A DNA stretch of 53,388 bases, the filler included, from Sluysia triapertura (taxonomy: Eukaryota): the NCBI GenBank assembly GCA_046118255.1. It is 4 parts of 4 records of this genome, joined end to end, with 100 filler letters (N's around TTAATTAATTAA, not from the genome) between each part and the next. Parts side by side here need not be neighbours in the genome. Positions count along the whole stretch, not along the records: positions 37,842 to 53,388 come from JBJNIA010225461.1; 3 more parts are not named here. One strand, 5' to 3'. The notes below the pieces were generated by a model. It made no database searches and had not been told where the DNA came from. It saw only the letters and a list, made by a program, of their open reading frames with translations. This document shows positions 40,130 to 52,387 of this stretch, piece by piece; the first letter of the stretch is position 1; each line of letters opens with the position of its first letter. The position numbers were made by a program, and so were the translations under genes.

Positions 40130-41170
40130 ATCATGACAATTTCAGGTAAAGTCGAAGACCTCAAGAAAATTATATAGCATCGAAGAGAATATAAGGAAAT
40201 CTATTTTATCTTGGATGATGTGGCAAAGGTTCCTTAAATGAGAATCAGTTTAAGAAACTTACTATCACTGACGAAATATAAAGATTTTAAAATGCAACAG
40301 AAGGTAGAGAATAGTTTTGCGATAGCCGTAAGATGTTAGTTATTACTATTACTATTGAAGCTCAGTTCATCCGGCAACTAATTTCATTTCATTTTACTTA
40401 ATGCTCACTCGAAAATCCCGGTCGATCTAGACGGCATATCTAGACTGAATATTTATATATGACAATAATGCGAGAAGATCTACAAGATACGTAAAAACGT
40501 GCAGATTTACATATTAAATATTTCAAAGTATCTTTTAAGGACAATTACGACAAAAAAGCAAAATAATATAAGTTTCAAATAGGTGATAAGGTATTAGTTG
40601 ATTATCCATCATCCAAACCAGGCTATTCTCCAAAATTACATAAGGGACTGCGTGAAGTCACGGTAACCAATTTATTTATTAAAGATCCATGTAAGAAGCA
40701 TTAGTGGTTCACGCTAATAAATGTAAGGCAGCATCGAAAGAAGAATATAGTTGGAGAAGTAGAAAAATAGAGAAAACAAAATTAAAAGTTCAACCCAAAG
40801 ACAAGGATCGGGACAAACCACACTCGATTCATTCACTTATTAATAAACAAATAATATTATGAGGGAATCATTGTTAAGAGTACAAAACCACATTTTTTAA
40901 ATGTATCTCTAAATGGTAAATGGATTAGAGCCGTTAGTGACTCTAGCGCTGCTACATCAATAGTACATGATAAATTTTTAATTATCCGGGAAATTGTACC
41001 GATGGATCGACTTATAACAATAATCCATAATGTCATTCTAACTCCACTAAATATTAATGATATATTGCTATGTTACATTACTATCTTGGATCAATATGTT
41101 AATGGATCAATGAATTGGACAATAGCCAATTTGAAATAATAGGACTGGAGGACATAGATAAATTCGGTGA
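40130..41170 (+). mobile_element. Decayed Gypsy-type integrase followed by a retropepsin-like aspartic protease
   Basis: SSVHPATN..FYLMLTRKSR, YMTIMREDLQDT, KDNYDKK, KFQIGDKVLVDYPSSKPGYSPKL and LVVHANKCK (integrase C-terminus), then FLNVSLNGKWIRAVSDSSAATSIVH ... IIGLEDIDKFG (protease DSG-like and ILGxD motifs). Confidence 0.7.
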
Positions 41171-41559
41171 AAAAGTTATCCACAATGATCAGATATATTA
41201 GAGCCACTAGTCGTTTTTCTGCATATCAGCGATGAATTAAGTTTGTTGCAAACACTAATTTGTAATTCGACTTCACAATTTTTCAAATCTGCATTTCAAT
41301 TACCAAGTGAAATGATCCCCGAACTACCTTCATTTCTTTGGTTTGAATTGGTTTACTATTTTATTTTATAGTCTATTATTTTAGTCATAAGATTTGGATT
41401 AAAGTTATGATCAGATAAATAAAAAATCATTATGTATGTTTATGAGAATTTAATTTGGTGCGCCTTTGAAATCAATAGTAACAATAAACCAATATTAATT
41501 TAATTTACTTAAACAAAATCTCAAATGATTTCAATATTCACTAAATCAAGTATAACTTA

Positions 41560-42640
41560 TCACAAATAATGATATTTATTCAACCCAAAAAATACGTTCT
41601 TAATTTAAATTAAAACAATAAGTAAGTAATATAATAATTACAAAATCAAATACAAGTCGTTATTATAAGTTTCTGCTTGAACAATAATATAAGTAAACTA
41701 AATGAAAAATAAGTGAATTTCAAAGTAAACAATAAAATTTATGACAATTTTAGGCCACAAAAATCTATCTAAAGAAACTGGAAGTGACCCAATAATCAAC
41801 AAAAATTAAAATACTAATAACTAAAGAAATTGAAATCAATCATAATAATATTTACATCTTGTCAAATAACTCCATTCCAACTTAATAACCAAAACTGTAA
41901 TATAATTTGGGCAGGGAGTCTCCCAAAATTCAATTAAAATCAATAGCTAAAAAGTTAAAATTAAAATTAAAAACTAAGATAATAATTAAATATATTACTT
42001 TCAGTTCCAAAAATTGAAAAAAACATTTGTATTTTCTGTATTTCATTTTGTTAGCTTTTCTTATTTATTAAACATAATGAATTAAAGATTAAATTAATAA
42101 TTAAATGTTTCGTAGCCCAGAGCTTATGTCTATCATTTAGGTGTTATAACTTTGTACTGAATTTCAGTATACTAAATAAGTTTAATAATCGTACTACTAT
42201 TAAAGCTTTACATATTCTTTCAATTTATGATTATTCATTCGTGCTTTGATGTTTTAGTCATATTAATTAATTTTAAAATTAATTTATGTAATGCCTAAAC
42301 TTTACCAATTGTGCTCTACAAGTTAGATAATATATACGTTAAATATTTAATGCACAAAATTCGAATGCTTATACTATTTTTCTGTGTTTCGATTTCATGA
42401 CCAACAATTATTTAATCCTCATCGTATAAGATCTGTCAATAATTAATCTCCCTCTAATCACTATTTTACTCTAATCAATTTAATTTCATAACTTATACGC
42501 TTATATACATTATTGTTTTGGTGATACATTTTACCGTGGATAATTTTTAATATTATACACCTATTTATTTATATTCACCATGTTAGTATTCGCTCTTTAG
42601 AGGACATTCCACGTTTTATTGACACCTACCTTTGATATTT
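41560..42640 (-). mobile_element. Second decayed copy of the Gypsy-like family seen at 30110-31205
   Basis: 41560-41960 aligns loosely with 30110-30660 (e.g. TTTATTCAAC, AAGAAAC, GGCAGGGAGTCTCCC..GCTAAAAA); VGVNKTWNVL...NINK*VYNI near 42630-42540 resembles the integrase HHCC zinc-finger region. Confidence 0.4.
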
Positions 42641-42946
42641 AATATCTTCTAAATGCTAATTAAGTATTATGGATTTCTGTCTTCGTTCTTCATCTTTATC
42701 TGTTGGTTTCTCGTTTCTACTTGTTATTTAAAGGTGTTTTTAAAGATGTTTTTTGAGGATTTTAACCTTGTTTAATTTAGATATTATAAAGTGCATATTT
42801 TAAGAAAATTACATTCAACCAAATAATTTTAAAATAAATTAATAATTTAATAATTAATTATTAATAATTAATCATGAAATTTTTATTAATTATGTTAGAT
42901 AATTATAAATATTTTGCAATTAAAAATTTTGTCATAATTTTTCGAT

Positions 42947-42985
42947 TTAACCCTTTAACCGCGGTGAGCGCATTTTTGCGAACAG
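42947..42985 (+). mobile_element. piggyBac-like left terminus
   Basis: TTAA|CCCTTTAACCGCGGTGAG followed by the short palindrome CGCA-TTTT-TGCG; TTAA target plus CCC start is the piggyBac signature. Confidence 0.5.
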
Positions 42986-44105
42986 AAATTTATTTGAGAG
43001 ATTATATGAAATATATGTGAAAAAAGCCATTAAAAAGCTGGTGCCACTTGCATTAGTGTTAATTTCAAAATTAATAAAAAAATGTATAATTTTTCATGAA
43101 TTTTCAATAAAATAGCATAAAATATTAAAATTGGTAAATATAGCAATCTGCGCCATCTTCTAACAAAATTAATAATAACTTTAGACTTTATAATATTTTC
43201 ACTTATTTTATTAGATTAAAATATTTTTCTCACAAAATGGTAGTATATTATTGAAATAACTTTGTGCACACACTTTAAAAGCAGAAACGATTATGCAAAA
43301 CAATGTCCTTATTTAATTCTCTAAAATAATATGTAACATGTGTGGTGTCCAACATATTTTCCTAATAAATTTTTTTAAACAAATTACTTTACCTATTCAC
43401 AAAACACTTATCAAAACATCCCTTTACATAAACTTTCACTAACCTAATAATCATTCCCAAAATCTACAAATCACATTCAAAAATCATCAGAAAACAACAT
43501 TAAACTAAATCAACACGTACATAAAACCATACTCTTAAACATTTTATCATTCTCATATTTACCTCTTCTACGTCCACTAAAAACATCCCTTTTACATAAG
43601 TTTTTCTCAATAAAACGTTTACTGCCAAAATCTTCAACCTTACAACATATAAACTACGGTGACATTCAATACCATCAAATTACATTAAAAAATTCATTCA
43701 AAATATTTTATTTTTCATTTTTTAACAATTACATTCGATATTAACTAACAAACATCTTCAAATCAATCCAAACACTCTTATTATCTGCATCATTTAATTC
43801 TCAACAGCACATAAAGACATTACTACTTAAACATAAAGAAAATAATTCACATTTTAACATTCAATAATCATTCTTGCGAACATACCAAAAGTTACACTAT
43901 AACTTATCTTCTTTTCATCCTCGAAATCACTCTCTCTTAACATACTTTTAACCAACGATCTACTAACATCTAAATAACATCTAACCTTCACACATCATCA
44001 AATATATTTAATTTTTTTAATATGTTTAAATATGTTGAGAATATTTTAAGATTATAAAAGAAAGTTTATGTTTAATTCACATGACAGACTTTATGTGTTT
44101 TTAGG

Positions 44106-44147
<42 letters not shown>

Positions 44148-44319
44148 TTTTCGTTAATATTATTATTACCACCACTTTTTATTTTCATCTTTATCATTAT
44201 ATTTTTTACATTCCTAAATTCTAAATATGTCGAGAAAAGGCAAGAAGGAAAGAAAGATCTTGTGATATAAAAGAAATGTAGAAATTTATGCGTTCATAAT
44301 GATAATAATTATAGCATTG

Positions 44320-44364
<45 letters not shown>
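44106..44364. repeat. Opposed (AAT)n (44106-44145) and (ATT)n (44321-44364) microsatellites
   Basis: Directly visible; the second gives the poly-Tyr in the 44299 ORF. Confidence 0.9.
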
Positions 44365-44754
44365 CTTCAATTTCATTTTTGCCACTCTAATCAAAATTAT
44401 TCAGTAACTACCACTGTCAGTGGCTATTTCATTAAATTACATTTCCAATCGCTGTCACCACTGATAGTGGTTTGTCATCATTTTAATGAATATAGTGCAT
44501 GTTTCCATTGGCCATTCACCCAGAGTTAACATCACTATCGTTATTTTTATGATTCTGGTTGGATGACCAATCAATTATCATTATATGTCAAAAATTTTTA
44601 TTACTACACAAATTGGTAATTTAGAAAAAATCCTCAGCACAAAATAAAAATGGCTAATCTGAAATTATTCAACTACGGTTGTGAAACATTTTGAATATAA
44701 AGCGAACGACTGTAAATGTGGTGATTATCAAGTTAATAATGATGTTAAATATAA

Positions 44755-45090
44755 CAACTATCAAATATACAATAATGAAGATAAGTATAACATGACTAAC
44801 AATAGTAAAATTCATAATTTCCAAGTTAATAACGCTAAAGATGATCAGAATAAAGTTAATTATGTTAATTATGTAAACTTTCAAGTATATAATGACGAAA
44901 ATAAATATAACGCGTTTAACAATAATAAAGATGATAATCTTCAAGTTTATAATGCTAAAGATAATCATAATAAAGCTAATGCTGTTAATTATGAGAACTT
45001 TCAGGCATATAATTATGAAGATCAGTATAATGTGATCAACAATAATAGAGACGATGATTTCCAAACTAACAATGCCGAAGATGACAGTGG
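44755..45090. repeat. Diverged 60-bp minisatellite with open frames on both strands (44681-45328 +, 44669-45259 -)
   Basis: A (T/C)CA(A/G)-centred motif recurs at 44761, 44821, 44881, 44941, 45001 and 45061; plus translation has 20-aa repeats NFQVYN.ED..N. Confidence 0.75.
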
Positions 45091-45894
45091 CGAAGTCGAC
45101 AATGAAGAGGAAGAAAACAATGAAACTACTAATGTAGACAAAGATAACATTGGTGGAGATGATGTTACGCAATATAAGAAGATGAAAGATGTTAATGATG
45201 AAGTTAACAACAATAAAGAGCATGATGACTCGTTTTACTGCTACGAAGACAATATCCATAAACTTAAACAGTACAAAGTTGATGTTTTTAATTTTTATAA
45301 AAATAATACGTCTTTACGAATTTTATGATTATAAATTAATTGTCTTTAATTTTTTAATGCTAATAATAATATTTATAAACATAATGAAGATAAGTCTAAG
45401 GTTTATAGAGTGAACAACAATAGTGATGATCTTCGTTCACTTAATAATTATAAACTTGATGAATCTAGACTTAATGATAATAAGCATGAGTATTACATGT
45501 TCAATAATCAAAAAATTGCTCTTATAACTGCCCTGTGTTCAGCTTCTACCGACAACAAATACATGGAATATTCTGTCGCTACGCTCATTCTGTTCATGAA
45601 TTGACGGTCAGCAAAGAAGATGAAGCAATAGACACGAACAAAGAATTACATAATTAATAAAAAGTATTATGGTTGTCTCTACCACTTCATCTCGCAATAT
45701 TTTAATGGACAACAACGTCAAGGCAAATAATATTTACTTGTATATCTTTTGTGTTAACAATTATTATTATTTTTTTTATTAGTAGGTGAAACGACAAGAA
45801 GAAGTATCATACATTTTAACTTAAAAAAATTCTAATCATTAACCATCCACAACAACATAACCTGCTTAAGCCTGAGAAACTTGCAGAAATACGA

Positions 45895-45932
45895 CTGGGA
45901 CCAAATGGTGCCAGCGGCGGCGAAATGCATTA
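45895..45932 (-). mobile_element. Degenerate piggyBac-like right terminus
   Basis: Palindrome CTGGGACCA-AA-TGGTGCCAG followed by CGGCGGCGAAATGCATTA, the mirror layout of the ends at 42947 and 53315; the terminal GGG-TTAA is degraded. Confidence 0.3.
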
Positions 45933-46306
45933 TTGAAACATTTTTTATAAAATGTAAATTGATATAAGATGAATTTGTTTTATTTCATTGTAACAAAATA
46001 TTTATTTTATTTCCGACAATTAAAATAAAACTGTTACAAATAAGGCAAACGAATTTAAATAAATTTTATTAAATTTAAAAATAGAAAGATGGCCATTTTA
46101 GTAGCAATAATATGAATTATAATGTGAAATACTAAATATAATTTATAAACATTATTTATTATTTATTATTTTGAAATTGTGACAATTCTTAAAGCTTAAA
46201 TAATTTGAATTTTGAAAGCATCCATTTATTATTCAATATTAAGGCATTGTTTTTACCGTAACTATAATTTAATATTTAATATTTGATCAAACATCAATAT
46301 ATAATA

Positions 46307-47180
46307 CAGCATGTTCCAAAAATAACCGAACCCCAAACTTAAATAAAAATTAGATATCACAAACGATAAATGTAATTTTTTCTTTTGTTATTTTATGTTA
46401 TCTTCGCTACTATTCATTTCCTTCTGCAATTAGTAGTTTTTTGAATGACTTTTGTAATGTGATCTTATTGATTTTGTTCTGACGTCATTGCTTGATTTTT
46501 GTTCAGCGTGCGCTTCTGGACCTTCGTTCTTAAAAATGCACCGAAGGACTTCAGATTTGAACGAACGTATCTTTAGTGTTAAAAATTACTCTGCAAGGAC
46601 TAGCTACAAGCATGTTGAAGAAAGATGAGAAGGAAACTTCAGAACATGTATACCGAGTAAATCGACAGTGTTCAATTTAAAGGAACTGTTAATGATGAAA
46701 GTTGCCTTGTTATACTGTAGACTAAAGTGTTTCCTATTGTTATTGAGTTCTCCCATTTCGGTGATCTTCATTTTCAACAAGATGCAGCACCTACGCATTA
46801 CACTAAAGATGTTCGACAATGGCTTAATGAAACATTTCCTTGAAGTTGGGTTGGATGCCGAGGACCAATCGAATGGCCTGTCAGATCTCCAGATCCGACA
46901 CCGCCTGATTTTTTTATATGGGTAGTTCTAAAGAACGCAGTTTATGATAAAAAGTCTAGGACAATTGATCAACTAAAACAAAGTACTCAGCCCAAATGGA
47001 ACCAAAATTCAGAGGAAACTTGCCAGAAGGTATGTCGCAGTGTTTTCAAAAAATTTCGTGCTTGTATTGAAGGTGGATATTTTGAAGATTTGTAAATACT
47101 AAATATTCCTATTAAATTTGTCGTTTTTGATATCTAATTTTTATTTAAATTTGCGATTCGGTTACTTTTAGGACACCCTG
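46307..47180 (+). mobile_element. Non-autonomous Tc1/mariner element, DD41D (rosa/VS) family, 874 bp
   Basis: About 70-bp imperfect TIRs (CAGCATGTTCCAAAAATAACCGAACCCCAAACTTAAATAAAAATTAGATATC vs reverse complement CAGGGTGTCCTAAAAGTAACCGAATCGCAAATTTAAATAAAAATTAGATATC); TA at 46305-46306 and 47181-47182. Transposase remnant FQQDAAPTHY...FP*SWVGCRGPIEWPVRSPDPTPPDFFIW...GGYFEDL* has 41 residues between the second and third catalytic Asp. Confidence 0.92.
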
Positions 47181-48519
47181 TATTTTTACAAGTATAGATT
47201 TATTGTTTACTGTTTTTAGCTTGATAATAGTTTGCCTTTCCTCAGATGCTAAAAAATCAATACGTTTGGTAAATGGATATTCTGAGGTGGGGATAACTTG
47301 TTTTTGAATTTTTCACGAACTAAAGTTAATTCTTGCCGGCGTACATAATTAGCTTGAATATCGTTTTCTAATACATTAATTTTTAAAAACGTGTTCTCTA
47401 ACCGCTTTTTTGAGCTTCTTTATATGTTTTTATTTTTCTTCAATTTTAATACATTTTTTATCTTTAGCACTTTCGATTTCGTTTGACCATTGTGAAGATA
47501 GGATCATAAATTTCATCTAACGTTTGCCTTTTAACTACTGATCGGCTTCAAAATATCATTTCATATCACATATTCTTTTTAAGTAAACATTCAAATAATA
47601 TGTGGTGACTCAACTTATTACAAAATCAGACATAATAATAAACATTTAACAAACATACTTTACATTTCCAATTTAAATCATATATTCTTTACCCATTTCT
47701 TAGTTTAACTACTAAGAAATTAATTCTTAATGAATTTATGCCTAAAGCGAAGGTTCCTGTAGGATTGAATTTAAACTTAACGAGTATCGATTAAATTAAT
47801 GAATCTTAACTGCATAAAATTGTTTGATGCTAATTAAACGAATTAGTGATGGAGTGGTTGCTAAATGTTTCAGTTCTCACTTAGCTTTTTCATTAAGAAG
47901 TTAAATATTATTCTTTAACTGTTTGTACGTAAAACTTAAAGATTTTAAATTTTAAAATTTTCAATCATTTTTTAAATTTATTTAGACGTGCCTCTCTTTT
48001 AATATATTTGTTAACCATTGTCATATTCTTCTTACTTGAAGGTATATGAACTAATGATCTTACTTTGACTAAGATTTATTTATCTGTAGCGTTATTTCAA
48101 TTACAACGACTTCCAATCGATCAACTTAAAAATTTTAATAAATTCAATGACTAAAAAAACTTTAACTTTAAAAAGTCTTTGACCATAATTGTAATTAATA
48201 TCTTCCTTTCTTTATATTAATTCAGATCTTACGAATATTTTTATTAAGTTTTATATTACTCTAACTATGGGTTTGTTTACTCTTCAAAATTTTAATTTTA
48301 TAATTCCAATTATTGTGTTTAATAGTTTATCTTTCTTTATCCCAACCACTCTGTTAAATCACATTTTATTCAAAAATCTTTTCTGTTTTTTATTCAATGA
48401 TAAACTTTTCCTTTTAATCTAATTTTCTTAAAGGATTTTACCTTGATAAAACTTTTACAATTCTTTTGTTTCTAAATTGATAACTCAAAGAATTAAATTC
48501 AAGAGCCGAAAATATATTA

Positions 48520-48621
48520 TCGTATTTCCTTGCCTATAGCCCGCGGGCTATTCATTGAAAAAAGTCTATTTTTGTGGTGCGGGCTATATATTAAGTGCGG
48601 ATTATCCACAAGAATATATGA
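48520..48621. mobile_element. About 100-bp pogo/Tigger-like MITE
   Basis: TA flanks (48518-19, 48622-23); imperfect 25-bp TIRs TCGTATTTCCTTGCCTATAGCCCGC / reverse complement TCATATATTCTTGTGGATAATCCGC; repeated GCGGGCTAT subterminal motifs; perfect palindrome ATAGCCCGCGGGCTAT at 48536-48551. Confidence 0.7.
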
Positions 48622-50102
48622 TATATCAAAAATGATACATGCCAAATAAAATCACACAACAACGTATAAAATTAATAAACAAATTATTAATATATGTAAA
48701 TATATTTATATCCAAATGTCCAAATCCACTATAAAATAAAATTAGTATAACTTAATTAGTATTGCATAAAATCAGTATAACATAAAGTTAGAGATCTACA
48801 AATTATTAAATAAATTAAGTAAAAATTTATTGCTTATGAAAATAAGTTAAACTTTTAATTATCAACTTACAAAATTTCAGGAAATCTCAGGAAAATTCAA
48901 ATCGGTAATATACATAATTAATAAGATGGTTCCAGTGAATCAGGAACCGTTTTACCAAAAACATACTCAAAATTTACTTTAAAAATTCGTGCCAACATTC
49001 AGTCGTAAAGAAACCAATTAAGTGTACCCAGGCTAATCAGATAAATTACAAGCACAAAATTATTTCCAAATCACAAAAATTTTTACCACAATAATAGTAT
49101 TCAACAGATAATTCTCGAACACAAAATATTATTTCAAAATCACAATGAATTTAAACACGAGAAATATAAAAACTTGTGTGACAATGCTTTTTGGTTAAAT
49201 CTTATATAGTAGTTTGTTATTTACTAAAATTTACAAAGGTTATTTTTCTATTTTATTAAATTAACAATATAGGTATTTGTTTATTTATTAATTAAATTTT
49301 CCATTTTCAGATTAGAAATTATTAATAGACAAATGGTTAGTACTTTAAATTGTATGTTCAATTAATTAATGTTTATTTAGGAAATTTCGTCCAAGTAATA
49401 ATATGCATTATAATTTTAATTATTATTACTTTTTTTGTAATTTCAGATTTGAAAATGGACGAATTTAATACCTTTTCATACTTTCTATAACTGACAATAG
49501 TTAGAAATTAATTAAACATAATTATAACTACTTCCCAACTACTTCTCGACGATTATATGTGCTAAAATATTATTTACAAAAATTAATTTTAAAGTTTGAT
49601 ACATAGTCGTACTTATCGTATTAATGTTAAAACTTAAATTTGATTTGTTTTTTACTTCATGAACAATTTTAGATCAGGTTGAAGGCACAATGAATTTAAT
49701 GATATATGACACTGTTAATAACTGTCATTGAAAATAACTGTAGACGATAACAAATTACATGAAGAAGATGGTGTTGAGGCAGGGCGTACTTTTTATAATT
49801 TAGCGCCTTACTCTTCTTTAATTCGTCTACATAACACTAATAAGTGGCCTCACTGTTCTTAAAGACCTTTTAAAGTCATTCTTAATCTTAATATGTTTAT
49901 ATACGCAAGATCATGTTTCAAGATTCAAGGAAAAAGAAAGAATTTAAGTATAAGGAAAGAGATTAAAGGAAAATAAATAAAATACTAATAAAATTATTCA
50001 ATTTTTTATGTATGTTACGCAATAATTAGTGTACTACCGATGGTACACATATTATTGCGTAACTTGTACAATTAGCAAATCTAATAAATTTAAAATATAA
50101 TA

Positions 50103-50275
50103 AGCCAAAAATTCCACAGATTTATCGGAGATAAGATAATCAACAAGGAGAAAAAAATTAATGCCATTGACTGACATACAAGAAAGATTTAGCAAAATAG
50201 ATGAAATATATTAAGTAGAAGTACAAAAAATGATTAGCAAGAAATTATTTAAAAAGTTAAGCCGACAATGTTAAA
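50103..50275 (+). mobile_element. Possible PIF1-helicase (Helitron-type) remnant
   Basis: SQKFHRFIG (cf. GxTxHxFxG) and PLTDIQERFSKIDEIY*VEVQKMISKKLFKKLSRQC (cf. LQExFxxxxxLIIDEISMISxxLFxxLxxR). Confidence 0.3.
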
Positions 50276-50824
50276 TTATATTCTTACAATAATATGAACT
50301 TTTCAGTTAGTAGTAAATAAATTATTCTCAGAAAGTGTTGGTTAATCAAAGGGTTTAGTGTTTGGAATAAGAAAATAGTTCGTAAAATTGAATTTAAGCA
50401 AATTAAGCGAAAAACAAATAACTTTGAATCAGATCTGTATAAAATTAATGATATTGATTTAAACTCATTTTTGTTATAATTTAAGAAAGTTAATGACTTC
50501 TTAAAAGTCAATTCAAGATGTAAAAACTTAATAAACAAAAGTCGCTTTAAAATAGGCTTGAAGCACCGAATAATGCTTTTGATTAACATACATAAACCGG
50601 TATTATGTTTAGTGTTTTCAATTTTATCTTTACTTGAGTCATCAAAAATATGACGAAAGATTTGTGCGTGCTTCTACGTATTATTCAGCAGTATTAAATA
50701 ATTTAGATGTCTTTATTTAATGTTATTGAATGGACGAATGCTTGAAACATATGCTTGAATGTATCAAGTGACTCATAATTTTTACGAATGAGTACATTCA
50801 GATGATCCTTCATATATGAAAGTT

Positions 50825-52387
50825 TTACGTAAATAAAAGAGTTGGTACCAACAATCTTTTCATTATCTCGATTTGTCGAGTAGTAAATCCACCTTCCTTA
50901 GATTCTCGTGAAATAGATAAATCTGGCTTCTATTGACTGGTCATTTATTTTTAGAATTCAAATAACTGGAAGTTTCCATGATTTAGCAATTTATTTCGAT
51001 GTTAGTCATTTCAAACATCATCTTCATCATGTATAAATTTTAGTAAATTTTATATCTGTTCATATTTTTTAATTGTAAATTTTGTTATTATTATTATTAA
51101 CGATTCAAAACTGTGGCTCCCATAAATTATAAATAATTATATAAATAAAATCTATAATTAATCAATTCGAATATGAAATACCTGTATAATGGTTTTAATA
51201 TATTTAGTTTTAATATATTGATCAAGTTTTTTTATTTAATATTACATTTAAATTTAAATGAAAGTAGGACTTAAGGTCCTGCCTTAAATTACTTAAGGAA
51301 AAATCTACTAAAATTTGTTATTTAAATAGATTTTATTCAAAACTTCAAAATATTGATTAAAATTGCAAGACATAGTTTAAGACAAAACATATTGAACGCA
51401 TATTAATTGTAAATACACTTAAAAATCACAAAAATAATAATACTTCATGAAGTTCAAATTTTGTAGCGTTATGAGCACGATTTGAATTGGTTCTGATATA
51501 TCAAGAACAGGAACAAGTTTTTGAAGTACGTATTTTCGAAACTGGACTTCAGTACATAAATGAGCGACCTGAGGCATTGACATAACAGTTTTAGGTAGTG
51601 GTTTAAAAAATTGTGATACAGTTATAAATTTACAAATTCGTACCCAAACACAAATCATATAATTAGAAAATGGATCATATGCACTTAAATTAGCACGTTT
51701 TGAATCAGAATCAACAATTTTTGTGTCAAGTTCAATTTGACTTTTCAATGAAAACATCGTGACATCTTTACCATCGACTAAGATTTATCTCGACCCACGA
51801 CAAGGTCCATAAGTGAAATACATTCAATCATTTAACTTTTCAATAAACGTGTTAGATGCAGTGTACAACAATGTTGCGACAATATTCTAACTAGGATTAT
51901 AAATTGATCATAATATAGCATAATGAAACGCTAAAAGTAGTAGCAAGAGCTGCTATTGTGGTTACAATTTGTTCGATTACTAATTTACGGTCACAATTAA
52001 TCAATTCACTAAATTTTAATTCAAGAACTTGGTAATACTTTTTGCTATTCTCGGTAAATAAATCAGATTTACATCTTTTGAAATGACTTCAAAGAGATTC
52101 ACAAAAACTCCTAGTCATAAGCTTGCACTCGGGCATTTTCATAATCCAAACTTCCATGACGCGTGATAAACCTTCACCACATGATGAAATAGCCATTGAT
52201 CTAGCATGACATTATTGCCATTTTACACTTATCAGCATATTAGATATGGTAGACGTAATAACTTGTAATACTCGTTTACCACGCATCGAACAAGATAATA
52301 TATTCGACACTACATCTGCCATAACACTAAGTTCAGATTCATGTTCGTCAACTTCAGCGTCCTGCATGGCCCATAAAAGATCATCAT
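50825..52387 (-). pseudogene. IPO5: Importin-5 (karyopherin beta-3) pseudogene fragment
   Basis: Collinear IPO5 HEAT-repeat matches: DDLLWAMQD...LSCSMRGKRVL...WQ*CHARSMAISSCGEG, ENARVQAY, LELKFSELINCDRKLVIEQIVTTIAALA, YYDQF, RLLKS*MIECISLMDLVVGRDK, DPFSNYMICVWVRICK, DEDDV(W)EMTNI and SRESKEGGF...MKRLLVPTLLF. Multiple stops and frameshifts. Confidence 0.9.

Noticed and set aside
43260-44000. Strongly C/A-skewed tract that might be decayed minus-strand coding sequence
   Set aside because: No interpretable motif found; probably old TE interior.
44669-45259. 196-aa hydrophobic minus-strand ORF resembling a membrane protein
   Set aside because: It is the antisense shadow of the AAT/GAT-rich 60-bp repeat; Ile/Val/Phe richness follows from composition.
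46604-46925. ORFs 46604-46819 (-) and 46668-46925 (+)
   Set aside because: Off-frame or antisense readings of the DD41D transposase remnant.
4038-50589. Remaining 60-100-aa ORFs rich in Ile/Leu/Phe/Lys/Asn (e.g. 4038, 7284, 10155, 13907, 22133, 22926, 36854, 50284)
   Set aside because: Composition and length are as expected by chance in very AT-rich DNA; no motifs or convincing splice context.
51419-51757. 112-aa ORF as a standalone gene
   Set aside because: It is an open piece of the disrupted IPO5 copy running into intron-like sequence.
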